A stretch of 64,000 nt of DNA from Amphiscolops sp. MND2022 (taxonomy: Eukaryota). Position 1 is the stretch's first letter. The number at the start of each line of letters is the position of its first letter. A program made the translations under genes and the position numbers. The stretch covers positions 94,428,001 to 94,492,000 of the forward strand of contig OZ076409.1 in the NCBI GenBank assembly GCA_964187785.1, written 5' to 3'. The notes under the pieces are model-generated. The model had not been told where the DNA came from. It worked only from the letters and a program-made list of their open reading frames with translations, and made no database searches. Shown piece after piece: positions 46,331 to 57,383 of the stretch.

Positions 46331-48483
46331 AAACAACGGTGACAGCAATGATTGATTCCTCCAATTCTGATTCTGGAAACGACTCCGATTCATCTATACC
46401 TCATCTCCCTAAATCCACCATAAAGGAAGTCAAACCTAAAACTAAACAAAAACATATTTTCAAGACTAACCTTCTTAATCTCAAAAATAAAAATCTCATG
46501 CCGAGATCTTTACCCATACTTTCTATTGGTACCCCAAATTTATCTCCACTTTATCCCCATTTAACCACTCTACAATTATCTAATGATATTTCACTTCCAT
46601 CTCCTAATTATAAATCAGATTCTAATCTTCATAATAATCTTTCTCCTCATAGAGCCCAAATACCATTGATATCTCCTCCATCTTTCCTAATTCCACTTCT
46701 CTAGACGACAACACGTTTGACGCTTTTCCTAATGATTCACCAATATACAACTTCCTTGCAATCAACAAAGTGCTATCCTCCTAGTCCACCAACGATGATC
46801 TTTAATAAAATTCTATTAACCTCTGTCAACAGTATATTTAATCCACCTGCGGGAAGACCTTTAAAAATTTTTTGTTCTTTTTGCTTTCCAGGCTTTCTAT
46901 CTAAAGACTTTTGACCTCTTTTTTCTTCTTGTCGTTCTGTAAAGCTGCTTTCTTATTTAACAAAAGAAAAAAACGAACTTTTTTTAACAATCTAACGTTT
47001 CCTTGAATCAAAATCGTTTCAACAATCTACTTTTTACTACAATAAAAAAGGACGTAATTTTTACCTTCTCAACTGCAAAAGTTTGAACTTGAATTGTTTC
47101 CACACCATATTACCTTTTGCATTGACATAATCGTTTCAACATACTGTTTTCGACTCATTTCTATATCCTGTATTCATTAAAAAACTATCTTTGCTTTTTT
47201 TCATGTATTGTTAAACTATAAACTTCTGATCATGACTTCACCGCGAAATGACGAAGAAATTTTGTCCAGCATCGCTTAACTGTTTCCACCTCTTTCTCCT
47301 AAATAAGGAACTCTTGAACTACCAACTCATGTCCTTGAGCCGGCCACCACCTCTGAACTAAACCAAACTCCTGAAAGTTTTACAACCACTCAAATATGTC
47401 CTTCAAAACGAACTCCTAATGCTTCCACTATCAATTCTCAGCCTCTTTCGTAAACTCTAAAAAACCGTCACTGACCTATTCCCCCACCCACCAATGTGAA
47501 AGTCACTATTGATGAATATACTTCACCTCAAAAAAAAGATAACATCTTGAACGATCCTGCCACAGACGGTTTTGAATGAATCCGGTATTCTTCTGATTCC
47601 TCCTGGTTTACATACATGAAAACGTCCTTCTCAAACCAACACTGTGCTCGATGAATTTCTCCATACTCATCCTAACTTTATAGCGAACCTCCTTTCGCTA
47701 CACAAGATTCCAGTCACGTACAAGGTTCGGATCTCTCAAAACCGAAATTATGATCACTATGGCGCATACGCCCCCAAAACGTTAAAACAATTCTCCTTCC
47801 AGCAAAACAAACTCATTCGTATTTTTTCTATTACATTTTGTTTTTTTTTGTTGAAATCTACTCCACATGATCTCAACACAAATCCAATGGAAAAACCACG
47901 TCTCCTTCCGTAAAACAACTCCACCACCGAACGTATCAACTGTTTTTTGAACAAAAACATCCTCAGAATTGTTTTTTTTTCAAAACCAAACATTACCTCA
48001 CCTCTTTCCTACCACGCTCATTATTCACTAAATCATCATTATACTTTTGGCAATATACAAAAGATGACCCATAAATCAACATTTGATGCGTTCTGCCTCA
48101 AATAACCCGACTTAATCTTTATTAAAACTTCCTACTCCAATTCCTACTAGTGTTGCAAATTTTCTTACCTAATATGAATACGTTAGTTGCATCTCCTCTT
48201 GACGATCACTCTCGTTCTCTCTATACTTCCCTTGTACATAAACACTACTCGATTGCTCAACTTATATTCGTCTTTGTCAAACTCTCCTGTTTCATTTTGA
48301 AGAAACAATATAAAGTTTTTTACCACCACTACTGATGTTCCCGAAGACATTGATAATGCTCTGCCCAAATAAATACTTCTTTCCGGTGAATTCTAGTACT
48401 TCCTTCATACTCATGATCTACCCTCAACTTCTCAATTGTTTAAAATCTTCACGAAACATATCAGAACCAGGTACGTCTCACTA

Positions 48484-50628
48484 TATATTTTTTACATCTT
48501 TCAACAAAATTGTAATGTTACAGTTGTTTCTAGTTGTTTTTGTGTGTGAATCGAATTATGATTGTGATAAATATTAAACATCTAAATCATCATGTCTTGC
48601 TTTATTAAAAATCGGATCAATGCAGTTTTGAATTCTATCTGCCATCTCATCAAATATAGCTCAACAGTTTTAAAAAATCGTGTTTGGTTTTGTCTTCTAC
48701 ATCTTTGTCCACTGAAAAATCTACTGGTTTTTATGTTTTTGCTTTGTTCCGGAGATCTAGTTTTAATTTCATTTTGGTTGTTCAGGGTACTCCAAGCGAA
48801 TTAATTATCAATAATTTGATAACAATTAGGTTTCACCACAAATTTAAGGACCAACTTCTACTGTTCTATAGAGTGCAATAATACCTTTGTATCATGTGTG
48901 TCACCAAGGGTATCAATTTTATCATTATCATTTGTATCAATTTTCCTTGTGTGAATTTTATTTATATGAATTGTTTTTCTATGTTTTATAATTGTTCTGT
49001 TGAATTCACGATTACAGTATTCAAATTTGTTTTTTCTTTTAAAACCATCTATACTCTTACTAAACAAGTCTCCATTTTTATTTTTAGAGAATTGTGATTT
49101 TAAACTAACATCTTCTTTACGTCTTTTTTATTATTGCATTTATAATCTTATCAAGAAGTAGCACTTGATAAAAAATACTAATTCAGTACCCTGGTTCACT
49201 GAGATCACTAAGACTCAGCTCTTAGTAAAAAAACGAACAGAGTAAAATGATTTACTGAGACTACTATGAGGCAGCTCCTTGGTGAAAGAAACACTAACTT
49301 AGAAAAAAGTTCAAAAAATAATTTTTATTAAATTCAATAACTAAACATCTTTCGTAATGTTAGGAAAAGTTCTAAAGGAATCAAGTATTTGAAAAAAACC
49401 ATCGCTATTCTTTCCTGTAATCAAAATAAAAAAGCTAGAGTATCAGTATACAAACTCAAAATATAAATGGGTGTCGGTGTTTTGATTAGATAGATACAAC
49501 AAAAAGTAAAAGTTCGTTTTCACAAAAGTTGATACTCATACTATATATGCATGAGCAATTCCTCTACCTAAATAAAGTGGTACCAGAACTACACGAGCAT
49601 TCAAAACTCTCATTGAATGAAAAAAAGAAACGAAAACTCAATGAAGTGTGGCCGATAGAGAAAAACAATTGTAAGAAATTTTTTTTGAATTTTCCTAAAC
49701 TCAATGAAATTCAAGTTTTTTCAATCATATCAGATATGAAAGCCGTTTTGTTGAACGCTTCAATAGACCATCTTAGATCTTGTAAAAGAACAAATGTAAA
49801 TTGAGGCGAGGCTTGTTGGTTGAATCATCTAGATGCTGCTTTGGAAAATTTGTAATAATCGTGTCCAAGACACAACCCGAATGAAACCTTTTGAAAATTT
49901 CAACTACTAACAAACAAACAAAACCACCTAACAATAATAATGAAACGAAACAACCCAAATATCCAGTGGGGGACTTTGTAAGAGTTCTGATAATTGCAAT
50001 TTACATAGTAAAGTTTATACAACAAATTGGAAAGGAGAAATTTATAAATTAAATAAAAGTAATGATACAAGTTCAGTAACCTATGCTTTAGAGGACAAAA
50101 ACATCGAACAACTAAAAGGAAAATATTATGAGCAGGAAATTCCAGGAAGTGTATTCGACTTTGAATCTATTATCAAAATCCTTGGAAGTGTGAGTATTCC
50201 CCATCAATTGGAGTATAACTTAATACTTATATAACTATAAACAATTTCAATTTTTTACTATAGTGTTGCAAGCTAACGAAAAAACAAGTTTGTGACAATT
50301 TTGAAAATACCTAGAATCACAAAAGAAAATATTCAACATTTCAAGTAATAAAAAAATTACTTTGAATAAAGTTTCAACAATCGATAGAGAAGAAATTAAA
50401 TTTACCAACGTATTGATCAAAGCAAAGTTGTTCTTAGACACAAATAAACAGCTGGAAGGCTTCAGAACAAATTTGATAAATTTGGAACAAGATTACAATA
50501 TTGAAGTATCAGAAAAGGAAAAAGAAATTATTTTGGAAACCAAAACAGTTGAAAAACAACATATGATACAATGCTTGTTTTAGAATTTATTAAAAGGTGA
50601 ATATGGAGCAGTCAAGGTGTTATACAAG
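48484..50628 (+). mobile_element. Decayed relic of a related Polinton (ATPase, CACTAAG spacer, integrase, coiled-coil ORF)
   Basis: Collinear nucleotide similarity to ~17900-20090, e.g. TGTGATAAATA.TAAACATCTAAATCAT, TGTTCCGGAGATCTAGTT, GGAAAATATTATGA, GCAGTCAAGG.TGTTATACAA. Confidence 0.85.
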
Positions 50629-51838
50629 TGTCATACCGGTTGGTATGAACTATAACGACCAAAGAATGAAGTCGCAGCCAACCGACTGAAATATTTAAAA
50701 CACAAACAGTTTAAACATATGTAGATGCATACAATGGACGACTGTACTATGTAGTCGTCAACCCAATTTCACCAATGTCACAAATTACCAGTGTGCTTCG
50801 ACACTTTTTACATGAACGTATTTTCCTTTCACCTGTTTAGCAATAACGACTAAAATAGATAGTCGGATTCAGTAACCTTTATGTGCAATATATGAAACCT
50901 TTACACAAACGACTGGCATATCCGGTTGTACCTTTACTTAAACATACATGCAGTTTTTTATATTTAAATCATCAATAGTCCAATTACTAGAGCATCGTTT
51001 AGTTCACCAATAGTCATTTTGCATCGCTCAATTCATAAATACTCAATCAGTCAAAACTGTGCGAAATTACCAGCAACGACTTCGATCAATAGTCGTCCAT
51101 TTGTATTCAGTGCTAATTAGAGCAATATTACCGACGATCAAATGCAGTAATTATATTCAGCACTTCAATCATTAGTACGCGCTGTGAAGTTACAAGGTAA
51201 ATGATGCATACTGGTGTGATAATAGAGTGAAAGTACCGAAGTGGTAATTAACAACGACTGAAGTGACCAGTCGTACGAAATGTACCATGAGGTGCTAACA
51301 GCAGGTTAACCAAATGACCAGTTGAGAAGAGACTCAAATAATCAAGTGCGATTAACGAGTAATTACGAGTTTGAATGTGCTACTATAATTTAAAAATCCA
51401 GTAATTAGAACTTTACCACGGTAGAATCCAGTCGTTACCTTAACAAGCACTTTACAATATTCTGATTCTTAAACTTACATTTCATAATTCAAACTGCTTA
51501 AAACTATAACTTTTCAATCATGGTAAATACTCGATCGAGATTTAACAGAGAAAGTAGAATCGAGCAATCTGGAACTAGTAGTTATTCCGATAACGAAGAC
51601 AACATGAGAGTTGCTGACCATTTCGGTGAAAATGTCTTGGAAAATGAGTTCGAAAATGACATGAGAGAGATAGAGAGGGACCACGAAAATCATAGATTTG
51701 AACAACGTTTCTTGGAAATGAATCGCCGAATTGGAGAACTTACTAGTATTGTGAAAGCCCTTACTGACAGATTATCGAATAGTAGGGAAGAGAACAATCG
51801 TGACGTGCCTAACCCAGAGACGTCCGCCCGTTCTGACA
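50629..51838 (+). repeat. Putative 5' LTR (1210 bp) followed by a PBS-like TGGTGACAGGAG
   Basis: Starts TGTCA exactly where Polinton-relic homology stops; ends TGACA immediately before TGG; termini match the solo LTR. Confidence 0.7.
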
Positions 51839-53073
51839 TGGTGACAGGAGTCCTGGCGAACCCACCACCTACACCCAACACGCAATCACCAAGAAGGACT
51901 CCACATTCATTACTTGATCCACAAATGGGAGAAGTCATGACCGAAATACAGCACCTCAGAACAACAATGACCGATGGAGTGATCCAGCCCAAAATACTCC
52001 AAACACAAGTCCCTCTATTCCGTGGCAACTGAGAGAAGTACAATGAGTTCGAACACTTGCTCAAAAATCATCTCCGGCCACATATGCACAAACTGACGGA
52101 AGAGCAGAAATTGAATTACTTCCAAAGCCTCCTCAGAGATGACGCCATCGATTTCTGGCAAACTCTGAAGATAACGACCGAAACAACACTCACCGAAATC
52201 CTCCAGGCATTCAGCAAGAAATACGCCAAAGAAGACCTCAAAGAAGTATCGAAGTACAAATTCGATCAAATGAGGTACGACCCAACAACGGAGTCATTTG
52301 CCGATTTTCTAACAAAATTCAAAAAATTAGCAAAACAGGCGTATGGTGACAAAGCCAATGACATAGCTGAAACATTCCTGTTTGCCAAATTACCCATACA
52401 AATCCAGAATGAGCTGGCAATGGCAGGAAAGCACGATGCGACCAGCGAGGAAATTAAGACTTTCGTGCAAAGACGTTGCCAATATGCACAACTGCTACCC
52501 ACCCCTGCAGGGATGCAACCTCTGAACAACATCCAGAAAAACCCCGCGAAACAGCAAACCAACCAACAAACAACCGCCACCAGCAATCCGGGGAAACCAA
52601 TGGCCAATAAAGAGGTCAAACGAAAATTCGAAGGCAACTGTAGACTTTGCAACATTGTTGGACACAAGTGGATTGACTGCCGAAAACGCCTCTGAGACGA
52701 AGCAAACGGAATCCACACAAAAACTTACCAACGCACCCAACAGGACAACAACAACCAGCAGACTCAAACTGACAAACCCCGATTCAACTCGAAGCTAGTG
52801 TGCCAAATCTGCGGCAAAGTTGGACACTCTGCACGAGACTGCAGAAACCGAGTCCCAGGTGCATCAGCATACCAGAATGTACCTTATCAAAAACAGTCCA
52901 CAACGGAGAATCGTGAGTTCCGACGAGATTTCCGACAATCCCAAAACCCACGACAACAACCACAATACCAGGTATCACAAGCAACAAGTGAGACCAACCA
53001 GACCGAAGTACATAATGACTGTTACGACGAGGATTACAACGAAGAATTCAACCAGAATTCAAAAAACTTGTAA
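51520..53073 (+). pseudogene. gag: Gypsy gag with two in-frame TGA stops (52030, 52693) and two CCHC knuckles
   Basis: Three same-frame ORFs; MVNTRS start; CRLCNIVGHKWIDC and CQICGKVGHSARDC. Confidence 0.88.
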
Positions 53074-56000
53074 AGCCACGTCATCCTCAACACAACCAGA
53101 CTACCAGTGCGCGCAAACAACCACAAACTAAACACTACTATAACCCGAAGACTCAGACGTCGGAATGTCGGCAGCATTCTGGCAATCGGTCTCAACACTC
53201 CAAAAAATACTACGTACACAAGGTATCACCCAACAACTACCACATACTCCCACTAGTTGGAGATGACCCTACGTATACAACAAAGGACTGTACTGCAAAG
53301 GACTCACCACCCAACACACGGACTAATCAGACGGAAACAAGGGACAAAAACAACCCATCACAAACGAAGTCGTCAAATAACACTAAAACAACGGCTATCA
53401 AACCCCTCAGTGCAACATTACAGCTAGACAAGAGATACAAAAAGCTCTACGTCCCTCTCCAATTCAGAGCATACGAAAACCAAGGGCTACTGGACACAGG
53501 CGCTATCCAAAGTGCAATGTCGGAGAATGAACTACGCCGGATATTGCAAGCCCACCCAGCAGCCCAACTTGAAGATAACCCAGCCCCGGACTTCAAAGTC
53601 CAAATTGCCAATGGAAGCATAGTCCCAGTCCGGAAACAAGTCCTCCTTCGATTCTTGATCGGAGGAAAAGTGTTCGAGGAAACATTTATGATTTTGCCGA
53701 CAATTGGAAACATTTTGATCGGAATGTCATTTTTCAAAAAATATTCAGTAACACTAGACCTCGCAAACAACATTGTCAGATTCCCAGAAATCACCCTTCA
53801 GTTGAGACCACAAAATGGAAAGTTCAAATTGCAAATGTTGGAACTCAGAGCATCACAGAAGACAACCATACCACCGCGACAACAAGTCTTCATCCCAGTG
53901 GTAGCAGAAAAGGACATCGGCCATGTAACAGGCACAGTGGAAGCGTTCCCGGCATTCGAACGAAAGAAAGAATTGCTGGTATCCCCATCGATGTCCGAAA
54001 TAAACGACCAGCAGAGCCATGTCCAAATCACCAATTACTTAGACCACACAATAACAATACCCCAACACACAATAGTCGCAGTTTTTCGCAATTTAACCCC
54101 AAACCAAGCGAAGAACGTCCAACCAATGACAAACGAGCAACTGACCCTCATTTCGAAGTTTCCAGATGAGGCCAACAACGTGATCAACCAGTTGTTCCAG
54201 GAAGCCGATGCAAACAAGGACAAACGATGGTACCCAACACCCGATACATGTGACGACCCTGATAAACTGAATAAAATCGAACGCCGAATTTACGATGAAA
54301 TCATTCAACTCCGAGAAGCTGAGAAACTCGACCCCACACGCGACGACGACCAACGACGGGCGTTCCTGAAGAATTTCACATGGGACGACTCAATCCTCAC
54401 CGAACAAGAGCAGCAAAGGATTGAAGCACTGTTGGTCAAATACCACACAATTTTTGCGCGTCACCGCCTTGACATAGGCATCAACACAGATTTCAAAATG
54501 AAATTGACACCCAAGCATGATGATCCGGTGTACGCACAGAGCCTACCGACCCCAACTAACCTGAAGGACGACCTCCTTGTCGAACTGGCTCTGATGCAAG
54601 AATACGGCATCATCACCACACTTCCATACAGCAAATACTCGTCCCCGATATTTGCCCAGCGGACACCCAATGGAAAATTGCGAATCCTAGTCGACTTGAG
54701 ACGCATCAACCACCTCCTCAAGAACGACTACAACCAGCACAATCACCCGGTCACGACGATAGCAGACGCCGCTCAACACATGGCTGACAAGAAGTACTTT
54801 TGTAAGCTCGACTGTTCGCAAGCTTACCACTGTCTCCAGATGGCCGACGAACAGTCAATCCAACTTCTTGCATTTAATTTTGGCAGCAGGACCTTTGCAT
54901 ACCTTCGTCTTGCTCAAGGATTGAACAGATCACTGTCAGCATTCAACAGCACAATTCGAGAGTATCTTGATGCACTAGTAAAAGCAGACAAATGTGCACA
55001 ATACGTTGACGACATTGGAGTCGCTGCACACAACGTGGACGAACTGGCCGCCAACATCGAAGCAGTGTTTCAGCAGATACAGAAGGCAGGACTGAAACTC
55101 TCGATGTCAAAGTGCGCCTTTGGACACCCGAAAATCGAATTCTTGGGACGAAGCATAACAACCAAAGGCATCGCACCCCTTGCAGACCGGATTGACGACT
55201 TCCTCAAAAAACTCAAATTACCATCATCAGTCAAATCACTCCAGCGATACATTGGATTTGTGCAATTCTACAGGCAATACATCCCGAAATTGGCCGAGAA
55301 GCTCGTCCCACTGTACAAGCTACTACAAAAAGATGTCAAGTTCGCAATGATGCAGGTACACAAGGACGCAATTTTAGACATCAACGAAAATCTAGCACGA
55401 GCTGCGAAACTGTCACTTCGACTACCACTACCCGACAAGCAACTCGTCATCATGTGTGACACCAGCGAACATGCAGCAGGGTACGTGTTGCTTATCGAGG
55501 ACTACACTGAAAGCAACGACGACAAGAAGAAGACGTACGCACCTGTTGCTTTCGGGTCCCAACGATTCACAGAAGGCCAAATGTCACTGACTATGTATGC
55601 GAAGGAGTTCCTAGCCATGCATTTCGCCTTCGATGAGTTCGCCCACATTTTATGGGGAGTAAAGAAGCCCACCATTGTGATGACAGACAATAAAGCGCTA
55701 ACCCGCTTCTTCCAATCAAAGCGAATCCCACCGAAATTGTGGAATCATTGCGACCAAGCACTGCAATTTGACTTCGTACTAGCCCACGTGCCAGGTGTGG
55801 AAAACCCAGCTGCTGACTACCTGTCCAGACTAGACATTAACCCTGAGGATAGGATCCACCTGAAACTGAACGACCAGATCCCCGTCCATTACATCGAGAT
55901 TGACTTAGCAGCAAAAACCCCGAAGCAGGACGACGATGAAGAAGACTACGACCCTGATCAACCGCAGCACAATACACCAGCTGACACCCCGGAGCAGGAC

Positions 56001-56484
56001 AGACCTGAGACAACCAACACCCAGGATGCCCTCAGCCAAATGCAATCACTACTGAATTCACTCGCGAACACCCAGGACCAACCCGACGACGACCGAACCA
56101 GAATGATCCAGATCATCAGTCGTCACCTCGAACCAGTGTTGACAGACGGAACCCCCTCAATCATGCTGACGAAGTTTACCCGAAAACAGCACACCAACAC
56201 GGTAAACCAGGTATGCCCGCAAGGGGATTCACAAATAATCCAGGCACAACTAAGTAACCAAGACGTTCAAAAAATGATAAGAGTCTTAGTTAACGACGAA
56301 CCCCTCCCTAACCACGTAAACTTTGCCAGTACCTTCTTCCAAAAACTAGTAAAAACAGAAAACGTCTTGAAGTAGTCAACAAGGCCTTGTACAGGAAGTT
56401 TTTTGATAACACTGGTAGAGTTCTATTTAAACAAATTGTAGTACCTCCAGAAACTACGTTGCCCATAATCAGGACGATGCATGG
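53061..56484 (+). CDS. pol: Gypsy pol (protease, RT, RNase H), in the -1 frame relative to gag; 1-bp frameshift near 56355; interrupted at 56484
   Basis: Frame is open from 53061; LLDTGA, LDCSQAY, QYVDDI, IMCDTSEHAAG, MTDNKAL. Confidence 0.93.
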
Positions 56485-57383
56485 TATAACGGCTGCTTGC
56501 CCTTATCCTGCGCTGAGGCTTGACAAGCTTTACGCCGCCCTGATCCGTTGCTTAGTGCTGTGGACCGTCACTAAACAATTCCTGGTTTTCTTGTTTAAAG
56601 GACTGTATCTTTTGACTGGTGGGTCCGATGTGACCCGTGGAATCTCCTGCGATTCCGCTTTGCACTGATTTGGATCCGATGTGATCCCGCACACACTTCC
56701 CTCACAGTATCTTCACGCGCTCCGGCTCTCCAACTATGAGAGTAGCTACTTAGTCGCTCTAACTCTAGCGAAAAGTTGTGAAGATTGAGAAGTTGATTTT
56801 TAGTCTCGCGGTCCTGAGACCCAACTTGACTATAGCTATACAGTGGAGAAAATCTCTATCTAATAATGGTATAAATGTGGTTTACAATTCTACAGTAAAT
56901 ATAGAACAAATATTAGTTGAAATATGTTGTATAAATAAATGACATTTAAGTGAATTATTAAAGTTATTGGCTATGTAAACAAAGCACATGGTGGTTTTGG
57001 CATGTTGGTCAGGTGGGTTAGAAAGTATGTTTACACTATGTAAATATCATGAATTTCAACAGAGTTACATTCTAATGTGGTCATAAGGTTAAATAACAAA
57101 GTTTACATTTTTGGTTCAAGGACCTTGAACACTACACATGTGAGGGGTAAAGGGGGTTATAATGGGTGGATGACCTTGAAACTTGGCCAGTGTGTTTGGG
57201 TTATGTACCTGCATGCGTGTGCCAAGTTTCGTGGCTCTAGGGTTAACAGTCTTGGAGAAAACCCATTTGGGGGGGTTTTAAAGAATTGTGATGATTGGAT
57301 TTTCTTCAAATTTTCATCTAAGTTTTTAAGAGTTTAAGTCTTGTTTCTCAACCAGCATGTTCCAAATCGACTTTCTTTGCCTG

